Made by a program: the position numbers and the translations under genes. Shown piece after piece: positions 1-8,346 of a stretch of DNA of 64,000 nt. Each line of letters begins with the position of its first letter. Position 1 is the stretch's first letter. The notes under the pieces were generated by a model. It did no database searches. It was not told the origin of the DNA and worked only from the letters and a program-made list of their open reading frames with translations. The stretch is from an uncultured bacterium. Its GTDB lineage: Bacteria > Electryoneota > Electryoneia > Electryoneales > Electryoneaceae. The DNA lies in contig CAZIDZ010000002.1 of the NCBI GenBank assembly GCA_964538455.1, forward strand, positions 89,444-153,443. The letters are read 5' to 3'.

Positions 1-345
1 GGCTCCGCCAAGGCCCATTCCCCAGGCGCCCGCCGACCAGCCTCCCCCAAGCGGCCCGGAGACATCGACTCGCATCTGCGAAAGTTCAGCGAGGCCGAAA
101 CGGTTGGCCCAGGCGGCGTGCAGCCCCCACGCCTTGCGCCAGGATCCCGAGGAGGGATTGAGCGACCGGGAGGTGAAGGCGAGGGCGTCGCCGGCCTGTG
201 CTCCCCCCACTCCTGTGGACACCGGAACCGGACCACGATCTTCAAAAGCAGCGTATGCGACCGGGTGTGCGGCTCCGATCGTCAGGAGCGCTAGCAGTGC
301 CGGGACGATCCCTTTCCGGCGTTGTATATTTGGCATCCGACGCAT
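1..345 (-). CDS. Partial (runs off window start) exported outer-membrane protein, PorV/FadL-like beta-barrel N-terminus
   Basis: Read manually on the minus strand: MRRMPNIQRRKGIVPALLALLTIGAAHPVAYA-AFEDRGPVPVSTGVGGAQAG...SLNPSSG...NRFGLAELSQ. Open to base 1; signal peptide followed by a G-x-G-x-A...NP motif. Alternative start at 336. Not in the supplied ORF track. Confidence 0.6.
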   Translation of the reverse strand, partial: MRRMPNIQRRKGIVPALLALLTIGAAHPVAYAAFEDRGPVPVSTGVGGAQAGDALAFTSRSLNPSSGSWRKAWGLHAAWANRFGLAELSQMRVDVSGPLGGGWSAGAWGMGLGGA

Positions 346-410
346 TGACGAAAAGGTAACACGGCTTGTCGAAAAGAGCAGTCTCCATGCGTTCAATCGT
401 ACCTTTTTCC

Positions 411-2042
411 ATGGATCGTCGAATAGCCGCCGTCATCATCGCCACCGCCTTCCTGGTGGTGGTTTTACCCCTCTCTGCCTCGGGCCTTTTTCTCCGGAGC
501 CATCTAGTTCGGATCGCCTGCTTTGTCGCGCTCGGCGGGCTCGGTCTGACCATCCTGATGATTCGCGGCGTTCAGTGGAATCTGGCGCGCACGCCCCTGC
601 TGGCCGTAGCGTTGCTCGGCATCGGGTACGTGCTCGGGGCGGGACGGTCGCCCGCCGCGAGCACCTCCCTGCTCGGTCTCTCCCATAAAGGTGCGATGTT
701 CGCGCTGGCGTTGACGGTTGCCGTTCTCGCGGGAGAGCGTGATGGACGAAAAACGCTCGCCCGGCTGACGGCCCTGTTTCTAACGGCTCTTTCGGCGATC
801 GCCCTGGTATTCGGTAGCATCCAGGGCCGTCTCCCGCTGACGGGTACGCCCGGCCACGCGAACGTGCTCGCCTACCTGATCGTCGTGCTCATTCCGCTCG
901 CCGAATTCAACGCCAGGGAATCGGAACGGCCGTGGGAAAAGAGGGCGATGTGGGGGGCCGTGGTGCTCTCGCTGCTGGTCGTTCTTCTCACATTCTCGGC
1001 GGGTGCGCTGCTCGCGCTGGCCGTGGGATGGGGGCCGACCTTTCTCTTTGTGCGCAACAATCGGAAACGGTTGGGGACGGTTCTCGCGGCGGGGGCACTG
1101 CTGCTCGCGCTCGCATCCGCCGGGCTGCTGATTGCCGGGCACGCCGTCGCTATCTTGCCGCGAGTGCATTTAATCCAGGCCGGGCTGCGCGCCGTGAAAG
1201 AAGCGCCGGTGACCGGACAAGGCATCTACTCCTTCGAGTATCGGCTGCCGGAGCTGCGCAACGTCGATATGCTTTCATTTCCGGATGTTTGCGCCCAACG
1301 CCCCATCGACAACGTCCATGTAGAGCCGCTGAACACCCTGGTGGAAGGAGGAGTCATTGCGGCCGCGGGGATCGTTCTGCTGGCGATGTGGTTGCTGCTC
1401 ACGGCGGGGAAAGCGGCGCGCGACCGGGGACGGTGGGGGAGAACGGTCTGGCGGATGACCGTGGCGGCGATGGTGCAAGGCGCAGTTTCGCTGGCTCCCG
1501 CACGAGAGGGAGCCGTGGCGCTCGCAGTCGTTCTCGGTGTCGTAATTTCGCTCCCCACCGGTACGCCGAGGCAGCTTCCGCGAAGTCTTCCCGCTCTGCT
1601 GGCGCTGGCGTTGATCGCTTCATTTCCGCTGCAATGGAAACGGGTCTCGGCGGATCGGGCTCTCCGTCTCGGGCGGGATCCCAACGTCTATTACGGCGCG
1701 CGGGATGTGGCCGCCCTGCAACAAGCCGCCCGACTCTGGCCGGAGGACTTGGAAGCGCCGACGCTGCTTACGGTTACGCTCTATCGTCAGGCCATGCAAT
1801 CCGGTGTCGATCAGCAGGAAAAAACGAGGTTGCTGCATCGGGCGCTTGCCTGGTCACGCCATGTGCAGCGCCTCGCCCGGCAATTCTTCAAGGAGCCGAT
1901 CCTCGCCGCGCGGATCCGCCTCGCACTGGGGGATCCATCTGGCGCCTTGCAGGAGCTGGATCGTGGGGATCGCTTCGTGACCGACCATGAATGGCAGGAC
2001 GTGCGGACTGAAGCAATGAATTCTTTGAAAAACAATAAATAG
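411..2042 (+). CDS. O-antigen ligase-like (Wzy_C) polytopic membrane protein with helical TPR-like C-terminus
   Basis: About 12 hydrophobic segments; GHANVLAY and DNVHVEPLNTLVEGG resemble the H-N-x-x-L-x-x-L-x-E-x-G motif. Start uncertain (366/387/411). Confidence 0.7.
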   Translation: MDRRIAAVIIATAFLVVVLPLSASGLFLRSHLVRIACFVALGGLGLTILMIRGVQWNLARTPLLAVALLGIGYVLGAGRSPAASTSLLGLSHKGAMFALALTVAVLAGERDGRKTLARLTALFLTALSAIALVFGSIQGRLPLTGTPGHANVLAYLIVVLIPLAEFNARESERPWEKRAMWGAVVLSLLVVLLTFSAGALLALAVGWGPTFLFVRNNRKRLGTVLAAGALLLALASAGLLIAGHAVAILPRVHLIQAGLRAVKEAPVTGQGIYSFEYRLPELRNVDMLSFPDVCAQRPIDNVHVEPLNTLVEGGVIAAAGIVLLAMWLLLTAGKAARDRGRWGRTVWRMTVAAMVQGAVSLAPAREGAVALAVVLGVVISLPTGTPRQLPRSLPALLALALIASFPLQWKRVSADRALRLGRDPNVYYGARDVAALQQAARLWPEDLEAPTLLTVTLYRQAMQSGVDQQEKTRLLHRALAWSRHVQRLARQFFKEPILAARIRLALGDPSGALQELDRGDRFVTDHEWQDVRTEAMNSLKNNK

Positions 2043-2251
2043 GCGGGGAAAAGCCTATATGCATTGAGATGACTCTGGAAAAGTCCTCACGGCGGTTTCC
2101 ATTCCTTGCCAGTCCAAGGGGTGCCACATTGTCTGGAGACCCTGACGTGAAGGGCAATTTCGAGGGCAACTGGCGGACTGATTGCCGCTTGGGTGATCGA
2201 CTTTCTCTCGCGATTCGAAAAATGTTCGTCTCGCCATTGCATCGGGATTTC

Positions 2252-2280
2252 TTGACTCCGAGACCGAGTTGAGCTAACGT
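2252..2280 (+). promoter_or_regulatory. sigma70-type promoter, leaderless start for mltF
   Basis: TTGACT-17 bp-TAACGT; ATG begins 7 nt after the -10 and no Shine-Dalgarno is present. Confidence 0.6.
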
Positions 2281-2287
2281 TCGCCCT

Positions 2288-3736
2288 ATGGATTTTTGGG
2301 GATACCGCCGCGCCAGCACGCTGCTCGCTTCCGGGGCCAGCCTGCTGGTTGCACTCGTTTTGCTGCTGCTGCTGGACGGCGTCTGGCCCGGGTTGCGGGG
2401 GCATTTCGGCATTCCGGTCAAACGCGACCTCGACCGCATTGTCGCCTCCGACACCTTGCGTGTCATCTCCCGCAACCACCCCCTCTCCTACTACCTCTAC
2501 CGTGGCACCCGGCGGGGCTTTGATTTCGAACTGCTCCAGCGTTTCGCCGAGGAGCAGGGCATCCATATCGAGGTGGTGCTCCCGCCAACCTGGAACGACA
2601 TGATCTCCTGGCTGTACCAGGGCAAGGGGGATGTGATCGCAGCCCAGCTGACGATTACTCCCGAGCGCAAACGGTTCGTCGACTTCACCGATCCCTATCT
2701 GCAGGTGCAGCAGGTGACGGTGGGTACGGACGAGATGCCCCCGCCGAGGAGCTACCAGCAGCTTACGGGGGAGACCGTGCTGGTCCGCCGTGGCTCCAGT
2801 TACGAAGAGCGCTTGCGCCAGTTGCAGCGCGCCGGGCTGGACGTTCGCCTCGACTACCTGGACGAAACGGTGGAGGAGAACGATCCGGTGCAGCTCGTGG
2901 CACAGGGACGGTATCCGCTGACCGTGGTCGACAACACCCTTGCGCGTCTTGAGCAGCATTTCTATCCGGGTCTTGAGATCGGGATGACCCTCTCGGACCC
3001 GCAGAACATCGCCTGGGCGGTGCGTCCCAACAGTCCGAAACTACGTGAGGCGCTGAACGATTTTCTGCGCCGCCATCAGCGACAAACATTCTTCAACGTG
3101 CTCAAGAGCCGCTATTTTGACGATCCCGACCGATTCCTGAAGCATCGCAGTGCCCAACTCAGCCTCGCGCGGCGCGGGCGGATATCCGACTACGATCGCT
3201 ATTTCCGCGAGGCGGGCAGGATCACCGGCTTCGACTGGCGTTTGCTGGCCGCGCAATCCTACCACGAGAGCCGGTTCCGTCCGAACAAGGTCTCCTGGGC
3301 GGGAGCAGTCGGATTGATGCAGGTGATGCCGCGCACCGCACACGAAATGGGGATCAAGAACGTCTGGAATCCCTACCAGAACATTCTCGCCGGGGCGCGG
3401 TATATGCGGCGTCTTTACAATCTCTACAAGGATTCCGCGAGCGATGACGACCGCATCCGGATGACCCTTGCCGCCTACAACGCTGGAATCGGCCACATCG
3501 CCAACGCCAGACGGCTCGCTGCGGAAACGGGCGGAGACTCAACCGCGTGGAGCGACGTCTCGGTGGCGCTCATTCGGTTGGAACGGCCGGAGTATTACCA
3601 GAAAGACGGCTACGCGTTTGTCCGGGGGCACACCGTGCAACGCTATGTGACGGATGTCATCGGCCGCTACCGGATCTTTCGGGATTTGATGCCCGCCAGC
3701 GAGGACACGCTTTCCGTGATGGTCGAGAACCGCTGA
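2288..3736 (+). CDS. mltF: Membrane-bound lytic murein transglycosylase F (SBP_bac_3 + SLT domain)
   Basis: PBPb domain (GFDFELL, DFTDPYL); SLT motifs YHESRF, GAVGLMQVMP, LAAYNAG. Confidence 0.9.
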   Translation: MDFWGYRRASTLLASGASLLVALVLLLLLDGVWPGLRGHFGIPVKRDLDRIVASDTLRVISRNHPLSYYLYRGTRRGFDFELLQRFAEEQGIHIEVVLPPTWNDMISWLYQGKGDVIAAQLTITPERKRFVDFTDPYLQVQQVTVGTDEMPPPRSYQQLTGETVLVRRGSSYEERLRQLQRAGLDVRLDYLDETVEENDPVQLVAQGRYPLTVVDNTLARLEQHFYPGLEIGMTLSDPQNIAWAVRPNSPKLREALNDFLRRHQRQTFFNVLKSRYFDDPDRFLKHRSAQLSLARRGRISDYDRYFREAGRITGFDWRLLAAQSYHESRFRPNKVSWAGAVGLMQVMPRTAHEMGIKNVWNPYQNILAGARYMRRLYNLYKDSASDDDRIRMTLAAYNAGIGHIANARRLAAETGGDSTAWSDVSVALIRLERPEYYQKDGYAFVRGHTVQRYVTDVIGRYRIFRDLMPASEDTLSVMVENR

Positions 3737-3966
3737 TTCCGACTCCCTCCGGCTATTCCATCAGTTGCGCTTTTTAGATTACTGGATGTACCTTTTTCAC
3801 GCCTGCCGGAACTCTCCCCGACAGGCAGACTGAGCTGCCAGAATGACAGGCGACCTTGATCTCGCCCGGACAGTTCCCCGACAGCCGATCTGATCGATTT
3901 CATCCAACTCTATGATTTGAAAAAAGATGGATTGGGTGAAACAGGTAGAAAGCAGAGATTCTGTTT

Positions 3967-3982
3967 CGGCACGCGAGTTGCT
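3967..3982 (+). promoter_or_regulatory. Putative sigma54 (-24/-12) promoter
   Basis: CGGCACGCGAGTTGCT matches GGCACG-N4-TTGC with exact spacing, about 50 nt upstream of the zinc-ribbon gene. Confidence 0.55.
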
Positions 3983-4036
3983 TTTATATGTGCAGTCGGC
4001 CGGATGCTGTGAGGCCGTTGGCGGGAGGTGATGACG

Positions 4037-4354
4037 ATGCCGACCTATACGTACCGCTGCACCAAGTGCGGCCATGAATTCGAGCTTTTCCACTCGATGA
4101 GTGATGCCAGCAGCAAGAAGTGTGAGAAATGCGGCTCTCCGGCGAAGCGGATGATCGGCGCGGGCGCCGGACTCGTCTTCAAGGGTTCCGGTTTCTACGT
4201 CACGGATTACAAAAACGGCCATAGCACGGCCCCGGGCAATGGAACCGGCAGCCACCCTTCGAATGGCAACGGGACTGAGCCGAATCAGGACAAGGCAGCG
4301 AAGGACTTCGGGGCGGACAGGCCGAAAAAAAGCGAAGCCAAGACGAAGGAATAG
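4037..4354 (+). CDS. FmdB-family zinc-ribbon regulatory protein (CxxC...CxxC)
   Basis: MPTYTYRCTKCGHEFE...CEKCGS...FKGSGFYVTDY; GGAGG RBS. Confidence 0.9.
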   Translation: MPTYTYRCTKCGHEFELFHSMSDASSKKCEKCGSPAKRMIGAGAGLVFKGSGFYVTDYKNGHSTAPGNGTGSHPSNGNGTEPNQDKAAKDFGADRPKKSEAKTKE

Positions 4355-4391
4355 AGTATTTAGTTCGATTTGCTCGCGCTGGTTATGGAAG

Positions 4392-4448
4392 TGTCGTGAC
4401 AGTTTCGATTTTCGCGCCATGAGCAGGAAACTCGAAGCTGTCACGACA
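4392..4448. repeat. REP-like inverted repeat (TCGTGACAG...CTGTCACGA family)
   Basis: TGTCGTGACAGTTTCGA (4392-4408) vs TCGAAGCTGTCACGACA (4432-4448), 16/17 complementary. Confidence 0.75.
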
Positions 4449-4709
4449 TTTTTTATGCCTCCACAGCAGCAGTCTGAGTAGGCATGAAATGAGTTCTCAG
4501 TCCCGATCTTGGAGCTGGAGATGAAACGCCGGGGATAGCGAGGCTCCGTGCATTCCATGGAGAGAACATCTGAAAACGTTTGTCTTTCCATATTCACGGA
4601 GTCCAAAAATCGGATAAGTCTTTCATTATCTTGTTTTGAACCCACACTGTGATTGGCTCTCATCGCACCGCGTGGCGGGATCCAAAGCCGTGCACAGGGG
4701 GTACCGGCT

Positions 4710-6623
4710 ATGAGGCTTGACCGTCCGCTGTTCCCATCGATGGTGCTGCTGATTTCAATCCTGTTTTTTCTGTTTTTTCCGTCCCAGTCGATCTGTCAGC
4801 CTGCCGAACTGGTGCATCTCGCAGTACTCGATCTTCAACTCGGCGGCAACATCCCTCAGAACTTTCAGTTGCCCTTGTCCGACCGTCTTCGCCATGAGTT
4901 GGTCAGCACCGGACGTTACCTCGTTGTTGAACGCGGTCAGATGGAAAACATCCTGAAGGAACAGGGCTTCCAACTTTCCGGATGCACCAGCACCGAGTGC
5001 GCCGTCGAGGCCGGCCGTTTGCTTGGCGTCCAACAGATGCTGGCGGGATCGATCAGCAAGGTCGGACAGACGCATATGATCATTCTTCGCCTGATCGACG
5101 TTGAAACCGGAGTGATTGTCCGGACGCAAAACGTGGACTGCATGTGCACCATCGATGAGGTGTTGTCCGTTCGTATCCGCGAGGCGGCGCGACGAATTAC
5201 GGGACTGCCTGTTGAAGCGAGCGCCCCGGGTAGACCCGTAGAAACAGCTACTCCAGCGGCAGGGTACGGCGATGTGTATATCAAAACGGAACCGCCAGGC
5301 GCAACTGTCGATGTGGACGGCGAGCGGCGCCAGGGGCAAACCCCACTTTTTCTTGAACAGCTAAGCGCGGGCAGGCACGAGATCCGCCTGGTGAAGGAAA
5401 ATCTCGTCGGCGTGGAGTCGGTTTTTGTCACTCCCGGCCAGACCGAGCACCTGGATATCACCCTCATGCCTGGAATCGCATCTCTGATAGTGCTCTCCGA
5501 ACCGTTCGAAGCGCAGGTGGAGGTTGATGGCCGCGGCGTGGGTAACACACCCCTGACCTTGAACTCCATCTCCGCGGGCGCACATCGAGTGCGCCTGCTT
5601 CAAGCGGGGTACGAGCCTTCGGTACACGACGTCATAATTGCCGTTGGAGAGCAGAAGCGGATCGAGGTCAATCTTATTCCGATAGAAGGCAGGCTGAACG
5701 TCAGCTCGAATATTGAGCGGGGAACGTTGATCGTCGACGGCACGGCGAATGAGGTCTCCTTTCCGATAGCGCATATGCTCTCGGCCGGAACGCACACCGT
5801 TGAGGTGCGAGCACCGTATCACGATCCGTTTACAAAGACGATAGCGGTCAATCAGTCGGGAGACATTCCTCTGCACGCCGATTTGGTCAGGCAGCGCGGG
5901 ATACTGCGCCTGTCCGGCCTGCCCGCCGGCACGCGCGTTTTCCTGGACGGAGAGTTGCTTGGTGTGACGCCAATGCCCGACTTGCAGCAGGATGCTGGCG
6001 TGTACCAGATCCGTCTGGAAAAACCGGGCTATGAAAAAGGGAAGCAAAATGCAGTTGCGGTTCAATCCGGAGCCGCGACTCCGCTTGCGTTCGATCTGAA
6101 GCAGAAAACGAGACAGGGCGCGATCTGGCGTTCGCTGGTGTTGCCGGGTTGGGGGCAGAGGTATGCCGATCGAACGCGTATTGGGACCGCGTACACGGTG
6201 ACGGAAGTTGCCGCATTGGCTTTCGCCGTTATTGCCTGGAATGACTATCAAGGCAAGACGGATACCTACACCCGGGCGCGTGACGCCTACGACAACGCCG
6301 ATTACGGTGACAACCTGCTCCAGCTGTACGATCACCGGATGGCCGCCTATGACGACGCTGACGCCGCGAAATCGACACTGACGATGGTGGCTGGGATCGC
6401 AATTGCTGTCTACGTGTGGAATGTCGCCGATGTGCTCCTCTGGGGAGACCCATCCGGCGGCGGTTCCTCGGGACAGGCGGCCGTTCCCGTCTCGCGGAAT
6501 TCGGCGGGTGAACAGAGTGCAGGTACATATTTTGGCCCATCGATCATGGTTGATTCCCGTGGAAGTCCTGTGGCTGGCGTTTCGTTGTCGCTACAGTTTG
6601 GAAGCCGGGGAGGTGAACGATGA
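4710..6623 (+). CDS. Exported protein: CsgG/TolB-N-like domain + 4 PEGA domains + DUF5683-like C-terminal membrane segment
   Basis: Signal-like N-terminus; EQGFQLSGCTSTECAVEAGRLLG domain; repeated S/T-x-P-x-G/A-A-x-V-x-VDG...G-x-TP PEGA units; AIWRSLVLPGWGQ motif. Confidence 0.75.
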   Translation: MRLDRPLFPSMVLLISILFFLFFPSQSICQPAELVHLAVLDLQLGGNIPQNFQLPLSDRLRHELVSTGRYLVVERGQMENILKEQGFQLSGCTSTECAVEAGRLLGVQQMLAGSISKVGQTHMIILRLIDVETGVIVRTQNVDCMCTIDEVLSVRIREAARRITGLPVEASAPGRPVETATPAAGYGDVYIKTEPPGATVDVDGERRQGQTPLFLEQLSAGRHEIRLVKENLVGVESVFVTPGQTEHLDITLMPGIASLIVLSEPFEAQVEVDGRGVGNTPLTLNSISAGAHRVRLLQAGYEPSVHDVIIAVGEQKRIEVNLIPIEGRLNVSSNIERGTLIVDGTANEVSFPIAHMLSAGTHTVEVRAPYHDPFTKTIAVNQSGDIPLHADLVRQRGILRLSGLPAGTRVFLDGELLGVTPMPDLQQDAGVYQIRLEKPGYEKGKQNAVAVQSGAATPLAFDLKQKTRQGAIWRSLVLPGWGQRYADRTRIGTAYTVTEVAALAFAVIAWNDYQGKTDTYTRARDAYDNADYGDNLLQLYDHRMAAYDDADAAKSTLTMVAGIAIAVYVWNVADVLLWGDPSGGGSSGQAAVPVSRNSAGEQSAGTYFGPSIMVDSRGSPVAGVSLSLQFGSRGGER

Positions 6624-7738
6624 TTCCTCGGAAACGAATAGCCACTGGTCGAATGATCCGGGAGATCTTCCTGTTTGCCGGAACATGCGTGGTTCTGCTT
6701 GTTCTGGGTTGCACGAACCTGCCCACGGATTCGGGTGAACACAACCATCCTATGGATCCCTACAATCCAACCTACTTGGGCATCTATGTCGACGTGGAAG
6801 ACACCTATGAGTTCACGGGACATTCCTGGGGCGTGTACGATCTTGCGTTGAATTACAACGGATTTCTCCTGGCGAGTGCGGGTTCGGACGGAACCGTAAA
6901 ACTGTGGGTGATGACTGACGGATACAGAGAGGAGCAAACCACTTTTACCGGACACACAGGTACGGTTTATGCCGTGCTGTTTCATCCCTACGCCTCACTG
7001 ACTCTAAGCGGTGGATCGGATGGCAAGATCCTCGTGTGGAGGAATCTGGATGGAACTCTCATTACGGAAATTGATATTGGCGGCGAAATCCGCGACCTGG
7101 CGAGCTGGACCGAATGGTATGAAGGGTGGTACAATCCATCGAGGGATCCGGATGTGCTCGTCGCCTGCGCCAACAGCAACGGGAATGTGGATGTTTACAG
7201 ATATGTTGACGCGGGGGATACGGTCTACTTCGCTAGAACGAAACGCTACGAAGCTTCATCGGGAACTGCAAGGTCGGTCGCGCTTGGCCCCGAAGGCGAG
7301 CTGTTGGCCGCGGGCGGCGACGGGGCCTTTCAGGTCTGGAGGATTACGGAAGACCGGGTGGAATTCTCGTCTGACAGCTATCAAGGGATAATCCAGTCTG
7401 TTGCCTTCAATCCGGATGGCACCGTTCTGGCGGTTGGATTGCAGGACGGCACGATCGAGCTCTGGGATGTCGAACGTGGCACATTGCAGCGAACCTTGAC
7501 GGGCCATAGACAAAGCGTGACTTGCCTGGATTTCAACTGGGACGGCCAGGTCCTGGCCAGTGCGAGTAGCGATTCGACGATCGGTCTCTGGTACGTGCCA
7601 AACGGGGTAATGCTCAACCGGCTCGAGGGTCATCAGGGAGGGGTGACGTCTGCACTCTTCCATCCTGACGCCGAAGCCGATTATTACCCGACGCTGGTCA
7701 GCGCGGCGTGGGACAACACGATCAGGCTCTGGGAATAA
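6620..7738 (+). CDS. WD40-repeat beta-propeller lipoprotein
   Basis: Lipobox LVLGC; repeated GH...V..L.F...G..LASAS.D.T..LW units; ATGA overlap with the upstream gene. Confidence 0.85.
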   Translation: MIPRKRIATGRMIREIFLFAGTCVVLLVLGCTNLPTDSGEHNHPMDPYNPTYLGIYVDVEDTYEFTGHSWGVYDLALNYNGFLLASAGSDGTVKLWVMTDGYREEQTTFTGHTGTVYAVLFHPYASLTLSGGSDGKILVWRNLDGTLITEIDIGGEIRDLASWTEWYEGWYNPSRDPDVLVACANSNGNVDVYRYVDAGDTVYFARTKRYEASSGTARSVALGPEGELLAAGGDGAFQVWRITEDRVEFSSDSYQGIIQSVAFNPDGTVLAVGLQDGTIELWDVERGTLQRTLTGHRQSVTCLDFNWDGQVLASASSDSTIGLWYVPNGVMLNRLEGHQGGVTSALFHPDAEADYYPTLVSAAWDNTIRLWE

Positions 7739-7976
7739 ATGTCGTTAATAAATTTCTTGAATTTTAAGAAGATAGGTTTGCCACCACGGTGCACAGCACC
7801 TTAATGATGAAAGCAATATGACAGTGCACATTATTTTGCCGTACGGTACCCTGTAAGTCTAAGTTCCATAAAGGTCTGGAGCGGGGTGATCCAAATCGCA
7901 GTGCCCCCGCAACGGAACCGCATATTTTCGTTGAACGGCCGCTTGAAAAAGCGGCAATGAACCGAGGAGCCTTCCG

Positions 7977-8060
7977 ATGCAGGTCATCTTCATCATCGCC
8001 GGGCTTGCCGCTGTGTCGTTTGCCGTTTGGGCGTGGATTGGAAACCGGGGTAGAGAGTAA
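7977..8060 (+). CDS. Putative 27-aa single-pass membrane microprotein
   Basis: GAGGAG RBS then MQVIFIIAGLAAVSFAVWAWIGNRGRE*; below the ORF-track length cutoff. Confidence 0.55.
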   Translation: MQVIFIIAGLAAVSFAVWAWIGNRGRE

Positions 8061-8167
8061 GCGATTAATTTCCTGTGAATTAGAGAGAGTTTTATGCAGC
8101 AATTCTGTCCGCACGCAATACTCTCTGCAACCCCGGCTCCAACTTGTACGGGCCCTCTCAGGGTAGC

Positions 8168-8196
8168 TTGACACGCCGCTTCTCCGCCCCTACGTT
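8168..8196 (+). promoter_or_regulatory. sigma70-type promoter upstream of the aldehyde dehydrogenase
   Basis: TTGACA-17 bp-TACGTT. Confidence 0.6.
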
Positions 8197-8346
8197 CCCC
8201 TCACGAAAATCGGATCAATTTCCGTGGTCGCAAGGAATAGGGGTATGCCCGGAAGCCTGATCCGGTGTGCTTTGCGGTTACTCGTGGATCGCAGTTCTGG
8301 AAGTCGCACAATCGGGAAGTTTGAAGCCATTTTGAGGTGAACTCAG

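Noticed and set aside
7875-7925. CAGTGCCCCCGCAACGG resembles part of a cobalamin riboswitch
   Set aside because: The upstream GGGAA/GGTG-AATCC elements and the downstream B12 box are missing; a simple local hairpin explains it
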